A stretch of DNA of 63,892 bases, counting the filler, from Dirinaria sp. TL-2023a (Eukaryota): the NCBI GenBank assembly GCA_051941275.1. It is 28 parts of 28 records of this genome, joined end to end, with 100 filler letters (N's around TTAATTAATTAA, not from the genome) between each part and the next. Parts side by side here need not be neighbours in the genome. Positions count along the whole stretch, not along the records: positions 1 to 2,221 come from JAVEBF010002349.1; positions 2,322 to 4,537 come from JAVEBF010002350.1; positions 4,638 to 6,845 come from JAVEBF010002351.1; positions 6,946 to 9,148 come from JAVEBF010002352.1; positions 9,249 to 11,451 come from JAVEBF010002353.1; positions 11,552 to 13,754 come from JAVEBF010002354.1; 22 more parts are not named here. One strand, written 5' to 3'. The stretch's first letter is position 1, and each line of letters starts with the position of its first letter. Below, piece by piece: positions 1-12,240 of this stretch. The position numbers and the translations under genes were made by a program. The notes beneath the pieces were generated by a model that was not told the DNA's origin, made no database searches, and saw nothing but the letters and a program-made list of their open reading frames with translations.

Positions 1-21
1 AAAAAAAAAAAAAAAAAAAAA

Positions 22-527
22 GGAAACTCAAAATAACAAACCCCGGGATCCATCCACTGCCTCCGTTTCGTTTCCATTTGGCCGAAAAAGTCCTCGCAGA
101 GCTCTACATTGGCTCCATCGGGATACGGGATCTTGACCCCGTCGCAGCGCTCCTTCTCCGCTTTCTGCTCCGGCGTGAGTTTGCACGGGACCTGCCATTT
201 GGCAAAGCCTACTGTCTTTCTACATTTCGGCTTCAGCACCAATCTTTTATTGACAGCGTCACAAGCTGGCGAGGGAGCGGGGCTGGGTTGGGTAGGAGAT
301 ATCACGCACCCCGTGGCGAGTTCAACAGCTTTGAAGTACTGCGCGCCATTGAGATGCCGCTCGTTGAAGCTCTTGGAGAAAGACTGCACGTCGCGCGCGT
401 GCTTGATGTCGGCGGGGACATCGGGCATCAGGCGTCCTACGATCGGGTCATTCGCGAATGCGGATTGGAAGACGGTCACGAGGTCGGGCATGTCGGATAG
501 TTGGCAGGGTTGGATGTCGAAGGCCAT
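22..527 (-). CDS. GNAT-family N-acetyltransferase, N-terminal part, 3'-truncated; intron 220..309
   Basis: Manual translation: MAFDIQPCQLSDMPDLVTVFQSAFANDPIVGRLMP...YFKAVELATG, intron GTGCGT...TAG, then KTVGFAKWQVP...ANVELCEDFF. This is a typical fungal GNAT N-terminus and is missing from the ORF track. Confidence 0.75.
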
Positions 528-1157
528 GTTCGAGGATCTTGATGGGTTAAGCGATACATGCACAATACATTTTTGATCATCTATCACTCAGTGGTGGAAG
601 TCGATGCAGCATTTCAAAAGCTCTGTTTGATGGTCAGCAGCAAAGGTTGCTGTGCAGGAGCCAAAGATCCAGTAGGTAGGCTATGACATCATCGGTATAC
701 GATTGTGGTGGTTGTGAACGAATTGTAAGCCTTGCGGTTTTTGATACTTACCTTGACCTGGCACGCATAAAGAATCTGGGCCAGACTGACGGCCAGCAGA
801 ACTAGGTTTTGATTAAAGAGAATTTCTTTTTCTGTCGGGTTGCTGCTGAGATATGATATGCCATCGCCTGGATTTTAGCCATTTCCCGCGGGCTATAGAG
901 GCACTCGGCGGTAAGGGATATCCTAAGTACGAGTACCCGTACACAGGTCCCTAACATACTACTCTAAACTCCGCCCAACTGCACAACCCCTGCAGACCTG
1001 GACAACATGTATACAAAGTCAGGTAGAAATCCCTCTTCAATCTTCATCAAAGTTCCCCTTCTCCAATCACTCTTATCACTCAATCAATCCCCAATCCCCC
1101 ATCCCAAAAGACAGAAAAAAGAAAAGAAAATTCCCTTCCATCCAACCACCCATAATA

Positions 1158-1946
1158 ATGTCCGACAACTTCACCACCATCCTCATCGTAGGCGCAAGCT
1201 CCGGCCTCGGCGAAGGCTTCGCCCGGCGCTTTCACGCCCAAGGCAAGAAAGTAATCGCAACAGGCCGACGCCTAGACCGCCTGCAATCCCTCCAGCGCCA
1301 GCTCCCGGGCCTCGCAATCCACCAAATGGACGTCTCAGACACATCTTCCATCGGAGCACACATGGCGTCGCTCACCAAAACCCACCCGACCATCGACGCC
1401 GTGATCGCCATGGCGGGGATCCAGCGCAGTTTCTCCTTCCAAGAGCCCAGCGCCACATCCCCTGAATCCATCGCGCAGGAAGTAACCACGAACGTGACAG
1501 CCCCGATGGTCCTGGCGCACGCCATCCTGCCACATCTGCTCTCTCTCCCCTCACCCGCCACCTTCGTCCTCGTTTCCTCGGGCCTCGCTTTCGTCCCCAT
1601 CCCGCTGTGCCCCGTGTACTGCCCCACGAAATCGGCCATCCATTCCTTCGCCCTCATGCTGCGCGCCCAGATGCGCGGCACGAATGTAAGGATCGTGGAG
1701 CTGGCTCCGCCGTATGTAGATACCGAGCTCGATGTGAGGCACCGGGAGATGAATATCCGGCAGCAGGGGGGCGAGGAGAAGGCGGTGAAGCCGATGGTGT
1801 TGGAGGATTATCTGGATCAGAGTCTGGCCGGGTTGAAGGAGGAGGGGAAATTGGAGGTTGCGGTCGGGTTTGCGGATATGGGGTTGACGGCGTGGAGAGG
1901 TGCGTTTGGACCGATTTTGGAGAAGTTCGGCATGCAGGGTGTTTAG
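1158..1946 (+). CDS. Short-chain dehydrogenase/reductase (DltE-like)
   Basis: GASSGLG Rossmann motif, VSSGLAFVP and catalytic YCPTK in a complete intronless 262-aa ORF. Confidence 0.93.
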   Translation: MSDNFTTILIVGASSGLGEGFARRFHAQGKKVIATGRRLDRLQSLQRQLPGLAIHQMDVSDTSSIGAHMASLTKTHPTIDAVIAMAGIQRSFSFQEPSATSPESIAQEVTTNVTAPMVLAHAILPHLLSLPSPATFVLVSSGLAFVPIPLCPVYCPTKSAIHSFALMLRAQMRGTNVRIVELAPPYVDTELDVRHREMNIRQQGGEEKAVKPMVLEDYLDQSLAGLKEEGKLEVAVGFADMGLTAWRGAFGPILEKFGMQGV

Positions 1947-2221
1947 GTGCTAGGTTCGCAGAATAGGATGCGGTGTGTGGGATAGTAATGTAGATAGTAT
2001 GTCGTTATTTCATTCTTTCTTGCATTTTCTCTTTTTGTTTTTTTCTTTCTTCCCCTGTTCTGAAAGAAATACCAACACCGAAAACCCCCCATTTCAAAAG
2101 ACCCCAAAAAATGAAAAAAAAACACAGCATTTCAAAATTCGACAACAAGAAAAGAACATCGATCCATCTATCTACAAACCCATCGCGAAAAATAAAAAAA
2201 TCTTCCACTCTATTCCACACC

Positions 2222-2321
2222 NNNNNNNNNNNNNNNNNNNNNNNNNNNNNNNNNNNNNNNNNNNNTTAATTAATTAANNNNNNNNNNNNNNNNNNNNNNN
2301 NNNNNNNNNNNNNNNNNNNNN
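2222..2321. other. Artificial contig spacer (44 N + TTAATTAATTAA + 44 N); first of 27 identical spacers
   Basis: The same 100-bp spacer recurs every ~2.3 kb. TTAATTAATTAA gives stops in all six frames. Contig lengths fall steadily from 2221 to 2149 bp. Confidence 0.99.
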
Positions 2322-3475
2322 CCTTTGGATTTCGTTAAGTTCTACACCTTACAGAACCTGGTGGCAGCGGTATCATCGTTCATCCGCGAGACGCTTCGGG
2401 ATATCGCCTATAATTTTACTGGATGAAGGGTTTGTACATTAAACTTGAACAAGGCCGAACGTCGAGGTCTGTGAGGTTTGAGCCTCCAACTGTTGGGCGA
2501 TGCGTCCGATGTGGTTGGAAGATAGGTACCTCCTATCGCTCTGTTTGATGAAGTAGTAGTCAAGCTCATACGCCTGATGAGTTTCTTTCTTTCTTGTCGG
2601 TTCTAAAGTAGCCTGTACTTTATCTTCTCATCGATGAACGAGCAACGCCAGGTGAAATCCCGTTGTGAATGACCTCAGGTTGCATTAACAGTGCACTGAT
2701 GTGATTCATAGGCTCAAGGCTCGCATGTTTTATTGCCGAGCCTAATGGGGGCTTGTGAACGGCAAGCTGCAATGTGCTTCCGTCAGATTTTATGATAGGC
2801 TACGTAAGATGCTGCCTTGGGAGCAAGAAATCTCTAAAAGTACTCTGCTAATGTAGTTCGAGGATCACCAAGCTTATCCGACCGGCTACGACAAGCGCTT
2901 GAGTTGACTCCAATCTCATCAATGAAGTTGGGTAGCTGAATCCAATGAATGGACTTTTTTGGGAGGCTCGGGCATGTCCGTCGTAGCCTCCAAGTTGGTG
3001 GAAGAACACGAACAGTGCTACTTATTCTTCAGTCAGCGCTAAAAGATGTCATAGAGGGACTCTGAAAGACAGCGATACCATTTCCAACTGATAGGCCATC
3101 CTGATTACAGTAATGCTAGAAGGCGTTGCTCGGAAGCGATCACTTGCTTGGATTGAATTTTTAACTTACTCAAGAGCGGCTTGAAGTGTAGTATAGGGAA
3201 GCTGGACCCCCAATCCCGATTCTGCTAATCACGAAATAAGCTGCGCATTGCACAGTCGAAGTCTCAATATCGACAAGAGTTAGGCAACCACAGCCTACCG
3301 ATGCAAAAGGCCTGAGTACCACAGCTGCGGTATAATGCACAACACACTTCCTGATTATACCTAATCAGGCCCTTCTATACTGTCGTTGCAGAAAGTACAA
3401 CTTCGCTGCGCTCGCTTCAATTTGTCAGCGAAGAGCGCTATTTTCTATCAAGATATCGTCGACTACCGGCCACTT

Positions 3476-4537
3476 ATGGCCGAAAATCGAGGCGCGTCGG
3501 TGCTCTCCTGGATCGCTACGGGACTCATCGTGAGATATTTGGGCTGGTATCTATGGACTTTCAAACTTGCCTCGGTTTGAAGACCACAGGAGCCCAAACC
3601 TTTGCCGTACTTTGTCCCATGTGAGTAACTCTTGCTAGCTAGTGGTTCTATATTGATCATTATGGATTCATTGGTGATAGCCCCTTCTCTATACCCTGGT
3701 AGTCGATCTTGGCTGATATGTTGGATCAGGGCACGCACGATGGTTCTTCAAGCACCGCGACGCCCTTTTCACACATGAGCTCTTTTCACACATGGAAGGT
3801 ATGTTGTTCGTACTGCAATCACTTAGCTCCTAGTCACATTTCCCAGAGCATCCAATTAAACACTGACCTGGAACTCCTAATCAGAGAGTACTTCAACAAT
3901 GAGCCGTGCACACTTACTATTGCAGCCGATAAGCTATACATGGTGACCTTACCGCAACGTATCTCTGAGATCTACAGAAATACAGCGACCTTGTCATTTG
4001 ATCTATTTATTCGAGGCTTTCATGAAGGTTTTGGCATGTCTTCAGCTGGCGTGGAAAAAATGTGGGAGGTCCCCATGGCGCACGAGAAGCACCTCGACTC
4101 AGTGGGTCGCAAACACTTAGTACAGCGTTCAGCAGACTTTCATCGACTTCAACTCTTCCCCGGACCTCATCTAGAGAAGCTCAACAATAGAATTCTCGTC
4201 AGAATCGAACACGGAACGCAATGGCGCACTATTCCAAAATCGTGCATTCTTTCATCTACATCCGAAGAGATGATTGTTTCACTCTACAAATGGTGCGGAG
4301 AGGTCTTGGTGGATACCTCCACACGGGCTTTCTATGATGATGTACTCGTTGATACTGAGCCCTCCGTGATTCATGATTTTCTTGAGTTTGACGAAGACAG
4401 CTGGATGCTTCTATATCAGTATTCTTCCCTGCTTGCTAAGAAAATGACCGCTCCACGAGAGAGAATTCTGCAGTCGTTTGACCGTTATGTGGCACTGCCG
4501 TCGCAGAGAAAAGGGAAAACGGCGTTCTATACACAAG
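3476..4537 (+). pseudogene. Cytochrome P450 (CYP7/prostacyclin-synthase-like fungal group), N-terminal half, disrupted and 3'-truncated
   Basis: TM anchor followed by EPKPLPYFVP and GH, then REYF...LYMVT...IYRNTATLSFD. Intron donor at 3621 and intron 3799..3884. In-frame TGA at 3578-3580 and a 17-bp duplication at 3765-3794. The heme motif lies outside the contig. Confidence 0.7.
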
Positions 4538-4637
4538 NNNNNNNNNNNNNNNNNNNNNNNNNNNNNNNNNNNNNNNNNNNNTTAATTAATTAANNNNNNN
4601 NNNNNNNNNNNNNNNNNNNNNNNNNNNNNNNNNNNNN

Positions 4638-6845
4638 GGGAACGAGTACGGGGAAACCCGTCTACCGATACTGCAACTGAGTTTGATGCACTGGCATTGT
4701 CAGACATGTTGAAGTCGACGGTAACATGGATAGGTCGGCTCCCATAGCGTTTGCAGCTATCGAGTCCGGACTTCAAAACTGCAAGTTTGCGCGTCAGTTG
4801 GTCACGCTCTGCTTGACTTTCTTCTGGTTCTGCGGCTATGGCAGTTACTAGAGCGGCGTCCATTTCAAGAATTGAGGCTGGAGATAAAATGTCGCTGAGT
4901 GTAGCGAGGAGGCAGGCCTCAATTACTTGCGCTGCGACGTTGTCAACCAGGACTTTCATGGCAACCTGTTCATATTAGCCCCACCCCAAAAGAGTCCTCA
5001 TTTCATCAGAGAGGTTGCTTTGCTGCATGGAAGAAATTCAATCTCTGAAGAAACATGTCTAAAGTATTTGGGACAGTAGGATGCTCGGTAGTGGTCTGCG
5101 ATCAGTGACGGGGTTCTAGAGCCCTGTGCTTACCTTGTAGTATGCTTCCGTGCATAACAAGATCTCTGAAGCGGCATACTTATCCATGTCTGCTTCATTG
5201 CGAGATGCCAATGAAGACGCCAGGTCAGAAATCTTCATCCCATTGAGACAATGAGCTGTGTCACAATCGGTTTTAACGAAATTGTTGGTGTTCAATCTTT
5301 GAAGCCGTTTCATCATATCCTTCTCTTGGCGCTTCTTGCGAACGTCCTGGATAGTTTCGGTGAAGTAGTGGTTATATGTAATCGGATGTCCTTGAATGTG
5401 AGGCGCAAGTACTTCACCTAGCTTCTCATTAACGCGCGTCGCATCAACTTCGAGATGAGGGTCGATGACATCGCGTAGAAGATTAGAAGACGTATGTTCA
5501 TCAGCCAAGTGAGATACTGTCAATTCTAGAAAGACCTTCACAGCCTTGCATACAGCATCGGTATGTTCTCGGGCTATGCCCTCCCAAAGGCTGGACTGCT
5601 GATGGAAGACGTCTTCTACCAAGAGAGGATTAAACATGCCCGGTAGTTCTCGACCTCTGCTTCGTTCGAGCAACCCAACAATCTCATCCTCGAAGTCGGC
5701 GCGACTGATTTTTGTGGTTCTGTACCCCATATTCTTTAACTGCATGGCATTACCGACGGGCTTTTTGTCTAAAATAAGCCGAGTTTGACCGTTTTCCCGC
5801 ATTTCTTGGGCGTATGACTTGTTCGCTTTTACCACAACAGCACGAAGGCGCTTAGTGTAGCCTTCATCCGTGTTGGCGTCACCGAAGAATGGATCAGTAT
5901 AGACCCCATCTACTGCAGCTTTACATAGGGATTGGAAGGACTGCGCGATGCGCAGTAGGAAAAGTCGCTGTTCGTCCATAGTCGCCCGCTTGGTGCCGAG
6001 CTTACTTAACCTCTCTTCGCTAACTTCAACCGCTTCCTGGATGTCGTTGACCAACATGGGAAGCTCGGCCGTAATCTGCTCAAGCAATACCTTGCTCAAG
6101 CGTCCTCGAAGAGGGGCTATGCCGACCATGGAGCGTGTCAAAGTTTTCCACATGCCTTGGTCGAAGAACTCGGTCTCGGCGGTGTTGCGCTCCTCGGTAG
6201 AGTTATCTCTTGTCTCATAGCTTCGATTCTTGAGGACGTGCCACCCTAGACGAAATTTGACGTCTTCGTTCCTAGCGAGCTCCATAAAGGCAGCCTCGCT
6301 CTCGGAGCCAACAGAAAGAGTATCCGGTTTAGTGATGATCCCGAGCGTCCGGTTTCCACTAGCGTCTACCTCTTTCGCCAGCTTGAGTACGATCTGATTA
6401 GCATAATCGTTCTTGGCCGAGATGACAGCGAGGATGATGCTCCGCTTGTTTTTCATATAACCCCGAACCATGTCCCACACTAATGCGACATCAGCTGAAC
6501 TCTGCAACTTATTCTCGGAGTGGATAAGGCCCGGTAGATCTACAATGGTGAGATGAGGCCGATCGGGCCCAGAGACTTCGACACGCAGGACATCGTTGGA
6601 GAACGCGCTTGTTAATGCGAGTATTCCCATCTGCTCTTTGGCTTTTTCAACTAGAGAAGAAAACTGTGAGAGATCCTCCAGGGTCTCTGAGAATCCCAGC
6701 AGGCGATTGCATTCCGCCTCCGAGCGTGTTTGGCTCGGGACAATACCGACAGATACAGTTGCAGTGGCTGCTTTCCGAAGAATCACCTCGGTTGCAAAGC
6801 GTGTGCACAGAGTGTCCTTAGTGGGGAAAGCGATTCCAGATATAG
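4638..6845 (-). CDS. Mx-like dynamin-family GTPase with middle and GED domains, truncated at both ends; intron 4966..5133
   Basis: G2 LCTRFATE, G3 DLPG, G4 TKPD, LGWHVLKNR and RGRELPG; after the splice, the GED segment YYK|VAMKVLVDNVAAQVIE. Confidence 0.92.
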
Positions 6846-7957
6846 NNNNNNNNNNNNNNNNNNNNNNNNNNNNNNNNNNNNNNNNNNNNTTAATTAATTA
6901 ANNNNNNNNNNNNNNNNNNNNNNNNNNNNNNNNNNNNNNNNNNNNTGAGGGTCCTCATGATAAAACAGGGAAAACAGCTGTTTCAGGTCTTTCAGTAAAC
7001 AGGTCTTTCAGATCTTTCAGCATTTCAGTGTTTCTCGAAATCCTAATCTGAATACCCCTTGTATACCGCTTCTTTTCCGAGTCGCACATTCTAGCTTTCG
7101 TCCCCCATCAGTCTTGTATAGTAGTTAGCGATATTTGATGATAAGTTTGGTCGAAGTAAGGTTGCATGGCCAGCTACTAGTTATCTACGAACAAGGATGT
7201 GGGGGTTTACTTTGGGAGGGAGCTATCTAGGCTTATTGTAGGGATAAATACTGCATGATGACCAACATACTTAACGTGGCCCTCGGGTGGGGTTCTGTTC
7301 GAGTCGAACGAGTTCTGTTGCGGGAGCAATTCTTGCAATCAAAATATCGGAGCTCAGTAAGATGCTATACGACCCGCTTGAAGAAGGGATTTTCGACAGA
7401 TTTTGACCCAACCCAAACAAAATAATAGATGGCCTAACCTATATGGCACGTTGCTAAAGCGGCGATCAACCATAGGTACTAAGATTTTGAGCAGCATGAG
7501 AAGTTCACGAAGATTTTCTGTGCTCTCGGAATGCGGAAAACACCATTCGGGCCCAAACGCATACAATACCCTCGGATGAGGAATTGCGCTCCGTCGCCAC
7601 TTTAGGAGCAAAACCAGCAAATGTTGAGAACACCCAATTTACTTCCTTTTCTGCACGGTATCAAACCAGATTATGAAAGCCACTAGCGAGTTTTAGAGCG
7701 GCGAAGTTGAGCATTTTTCTGCATAATTTCAACAACTAATATTTTGTGAAATCTTTTTATGTGACTCACATGAGCGAAATTGGGCGAATTTGCCGCTGGC
7801 TTCCGCCTGGTGCCGTTGCCCATTTATATATTTGAATTACTTCCCCCATTGAAATTAGATGTCTATCCTTCGAAACGCCAGGCTCTACTCTCTTTTCCCA
7901 ACAGCGGCTTTCTAAGTTATATACATCAGCTCTTCACCCAGCATATTTGCTCTCACT

Positions 7958-8329
7958 ATGTCGGGATATCTTCGCGGAGCAGCTATTTCGCGTTTGAATT
8001 CACGCCTGCTGGGCCCACTAGATTATACCCCACTTTTATTCTGTCTGCTCGGTATAGTTCTCATAGTCCTGATCAGGTTGATACTCGAGCGATTCGAAGG
8101 TCATGCTACAGAACATAATCCGCGTACGGACGATGGAGGTGCCCAACTGCCCGGTTGTCCTCGACCAGAGCCGCAGAGCACACCGCTTGAAAGGGTCGTT
8201 GTCAAGCCAAACACACATCAGACTAAGCAGTTCGTTTTGGGCAACTATCCAGGCGTAGTCCCCAACAAACCCAACGATCCTCGGGACCGCGTGTCTGTTT
8301 GCCCTTGGGATCAATGCCCTGAAAGCTAA
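7958..8329 (+). CDS. Hypothetical small protein with one hydrophobic segment, possibly the start of a decayed gene
   Basis: 123-aa ATG ORF with LLFCLLGIVLIVLIRLIL. Downstream ORFs are fragmented and no family is recognisable. Confidence 0.25.
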   Translation: MSGYLRGAAISRLNSRLLGPLDYTPLLFCLLGIVLIVLIRLILERFEGHATEHNPRTDDGGAQLPGCPRPEPQSTPLERVVVKPNTHQTKQFVLGNYPGVVPNKPNDPRDRVSVCPWDQCPES

Positions 8330-9441
8330 GATTCTAAGACATGCCGGACCATTACCGCCTACACCAGCCAAAGTGCGCGCTTTCCTAAGCGAGATCCCTC
8401 TTGAGCTCCCAAAAAAACAGTCTACGGGCATCTTCTCCTGGCAAACGGCCAAGGTGGCTCGCCCGGAAGCAATGGCAGTGCTTTTGACTCAAGCTCTAGA
8501 TGCCCCATTTACCCGTCCATTCCACGAACATGTCCCCAAATCTGCTACAGATACATTCCTGTTCTCTACGCAAGAGCTTGATTCAGTTTCGCAGCGGTGT
8601 ATGGACTTGAATCACTCATGAGAGACGGTTTATAAGGACGTCTGAGTCAGATTATCTCGCCCTTTCTATCGGATGAAAATTTAACATGATATCAAAGTAG
8701 TTGAAGAGTACGATTTTGGCCACCTCTTCCGCTCCGCAATTCCGGCAGAAGAAAAACCACTGATAATACGTAGCATCTCCCTCACGATCGCAAAAGGAAA
8801 AAACTTCAGAGACAGACATACAGAAGCAATACGAGCTTGTCGATGGATGGCAATGTGAGACACGTCAAATTTCCGCTGCTCGAAATCCGAGAGCTGATAG
8901 TAAAGTAGCTTCCCTGCATCACTTTTAGAAAAGTCCGAGAGAGAGTCAAAATTCGTTTAGTTGAGGGGAGGGAAAAACGGCGCATTCTCAACCATGGTTC
9001 TCGTACACTCGGGAAGACCAACAAAAATTAAACCTTCCCCCCGTCTCCCATACGATGAGTCATGCCTCATACCTTTGATACAAGTAGTCTTCGTCCCTCC
9101 CTTCAAAAGATATAGATCTAGATCCCCTACCAGCGTCGCTCTCCTTCCNNNNNNNNNNNNNNNNNNNNNNNNNNNNNNNNNNNNNNNNNNNNTTAATTAA
9201 TTAANNNNNNNNNNNNNNNNNNNNNNNNNNNNNNNNNNNNNNNNNNNNCTATAGAGCATCTTCGGAAAAAGAGTCAATTCCTTATTCAAGAATTAGGGAA
9301 AAGAGGATGCGAGAAACTGTCTCGCAGAGTCTAATCGGATTATCACAACCATTTCCAGGAACCTCGCTATTTAATGCATGAACGCCATCAGCTTTCCAAT
9401 TGCTGTATTGCCTATTCTCTTTTTCTACTACCTAACCAAAT

Positions 9442-10682
9442 CTAATGCACCATGTTCTTGCCTATCTTACTCTCCCACCCGGCGGCACGTTCGAAGCCAT
9501 TCGAATGTGATTGATAATCGAGCATGGCCTGATAGACTTGCTCTTGAGAGTTCAGAACGAACGGGCCATATTGGAAAACTTTCTGATCCAGCGGAAGACC
9601 AGCAACGAGTACTGAAGACGAACGGTCAGCAAATTCTTTTACTTGAAGTCGACGAAGGAAGACTCACCGAATTTACCATCTTCTTCCGCACTTGGATCGG
9701 CTTCGGCGGAGACAGCGTCTCCCTTCTGATCGAACACTACATTATGGTATGGCCCGACCGTCCGCTGATTGCCTTTGCTACCAAAGAGTGTGACGCCACC
9801 CAGTGTATATGCAAAAGCATTCCACCCAATAGGTAACTCCTGTGTGACTTTACCACCCGGTTTGACGGTAATGTCAAAGATCCAGACCGGCGTGTATGCC
9901 AATTCTTGTACGCTGTCTGTGCCGTGACTTCGGCCTGAGATGATCTTGATACTCGCCTTGCCGCCGTCGACTTCGATTTGAGGGATCTCCTTGGCTCTCA
10001 AATCCCGATATCGAGGCTCGCATGCTTTCAGCTTTTCAGGGAGGTCAACCCACAATTGCATACCCACATTGGGGCTGCCATCCAGATTCTGCCGTGGCAT
10101 CTCGGCGTGCATGATACCTCTCCCGGCGGTCATGAACTGTAAATCCCCTGCTTCGATAGTGCCGGCATTCCCAGCAAAGTCCTCATGGTCCATAGCGCCC
10201 TCGAGAAGGTACGTGATCGTCTCTTGGCCGCCTTCAGGCAATTTGTCAGAACACAAGCTAACATCGCTGGAACACTACTTACGATGTGGATGGTCTGGGA
10301 ATCCAGCTCCTGGAGAAACGGTGAAATGATCCAGCATCAGGAAAGGTGAGAAGTTGCGTAACTTTGGGGTGCCAATGGATCGGCGAACTCGAGCACCGGC
10401 ACCTTCGGACTGCTCGACGGCTAGAAAGACTTGCTTGATTGCACGTAGGGCTGTCATATTCGCTGACTTGCGGGGATTCAATAGATTGGATGTAATACAG
10501 CGAACGCCTGAGAAATTGAATTCGAGGTTTGAGCGAAGCAGACCTGGTGCCTGCTGTATTGACAGATAGTTTGCAAGTGGGAGCTGTAGGAAGAAAGCAC
10601 CGAACAGAGTAAACTTAGGATAGTTGTTGTAGAGTAAGAGAGCTACAACAAAGGCGAGGAAAGATGTGAGAAGATACTTCAT
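9442..10682 (-). CDS. Pirin (bicupin); introns 10232..10282 and 9612..9667; alternative start at 10457
   Basis: EGAGARVRRSIG, PFLMLDHF, FPDHPHR|GQETITY, QFMTAGRGIMHAEMP, QLWVDLP and QYGPFV; stop TAG at 9442-9444. Confidence 0.95.
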
Positions 10683-11551
10683 TCGTGAACAGCGGTCGCT
10701 TTATACGAAGCTGGAGAGATTGTCTCGAAGGTTCCTTGACCTATGGGAAGCACTAATTAATGGGATACATCAGCGATGACTACGACCTTAGCAATGTTCT
10801 CATCATATCGACTGCTTGCCGGCAATATTCATTATTACGCTACGAGAACTACTATCTTAGGTAAGGAAATGTCAGCATCGGAAGATTTCCATCGCCGGCA
10901 ATCGCACCCGGCTTTCCGTGAGTCGGTCCAGTCTTCCAGATTTCTCGACCTTGATGACTAAGAAGTTAATTGGAAATGTCATTAATATTATTCGGATCTG
11001 ACGACATTCCTTGCGCTTCTGCAGATCCGACAGTGATAGCAACTTGGGACAGTTTTTGCTAGACGAGTTTGAAGATCTTAATATATATACACTGGAGGTA
11101 GATTGCTAGGTTTCTCAGACAACATTATCTATTTATCAAGACTTAGAGCTTCGCAGGGCAGAACTTGAAAGTCAAATTCCTTTTCCACGAAAAAGGGTGA
11201 TATCCCAATTCAAGCTGTTTCGTGGTTGCCAATCATCAAGCAAGCCGAATTATTTTTTACTCTATCGAAACATTGAAAATTTCGACACCACTCCACATCA
11301 AGCAACCTCAACCGCGGCGCCCGAGTAATGCGGGTAGGGCGCATGCAAAAGCAGCTGGCAATTCGCCAACCAGAAACTCGAATCCAGGACGTCGAATTCC
11401 GCTTCCTGAAATCCGTTTTCCTTGATATACTCCTGCAAGGTCTTGAGCGTGNNNNNNNNNNNNNNNNNNNNNNNNNNNNNNNNNNNNNNNNNNNNTTAAT
11501 TAATTAANNNNNNNNNNNNNNNNNNNNNNNNNNNNNNNNNNNNNNNNNNNN

Positions 11552-11673
11552 CTTCTAGACGACGCTAGCCATGCTTCAGACCCCGAAGGATTGCCTCTGA
11601 GCACCCCCGGCTGCCAAGCGGCGCTAGTCTGCATTGGTCAATATATATCAATGTATCAGATATCACTGTTACA
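11552..11673 (+). mobile_element. End of LTR family A (…CACTGTTACA), inserted into a Ty3 pol relic
   Basis: Nearly identical to 25919..26040. Ends in TTACA and is followed directly by integrase C-terminal coding sequence. Confidence 0.8.
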
Positions 11674-12240
11674 AAAACTCACAAATCAAAGAAATACGTC
11701 GTCGAAGAGCTGATGCTGCTTTCGACTAAAAATTTTAAGCAAAAACGATCGAGCAAGAAATTATCTCATAAGTTTGTTGAATCATTTCGAATAGAGAATA
11801 AAATAGAGACGCAGACGTACAGATTGACGCTGTCTTCTATTTATCGAATTTATAATACTTTTCACGTTTCGTTTTTGGAGTCATATTGTCTCATAAATTT
11901 GTTGAATCATTTCGAATAGAGGATAAAATAGAGACGCAGACGTACAAATTGACGCTGTCTTCTATTTATCGAATTTATAATACTTTTCACGTTTCGTTTT
12001 TGAAGTCATATTGTCATCGAGTCGACGCGAAAGCGAATCATGAGTTTATGCAGACTTTAGAGCTCATTGAGAACGAGAAAATGTAAGAGATGAAGCAAAT
12101 TGTGAATAAAATTTACAATCAGAACGAAATTTGATACAAGATGAAATGAGCAGATTGAGACGATGAGTATAATCAGTGACTTTCGAAGAAGAAATTTAAT
12201 ACTGCGTCTCAGTTACGAGACGAGTATAATATGCACGAGC
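11674..12240 (+). mobile_element. Degenerate Ty3/gypsy (chromovirus) pol end: integrase C-terminus and chromodomain
   Basis: LLSTKNFK..KKLSHKFVESFRI..YRLTLSSIYRIYNTFHVSFLE corresponds to the GPF/Y module. The chromodomain follows (YKMK*AD*DDEYNQ*L) with TGG->TGA stops. Confidence 0.88.
11764..12013 (+). repeat. Tandem duplication of 125 bp (units start at 11764 and 11889)
   Basis: Two near-identical copies of TCTCATAA...GTCATATTG that differ by a few G/A transitions. Confidence 0.9.

Noticed and set aside
2266..2277. TTAATTAATTAA recurring every ~2.3 kb like a regular array, and ORFs ending in X...LIN
   Set aside because: Artificial spacer inside N runs; not biological.
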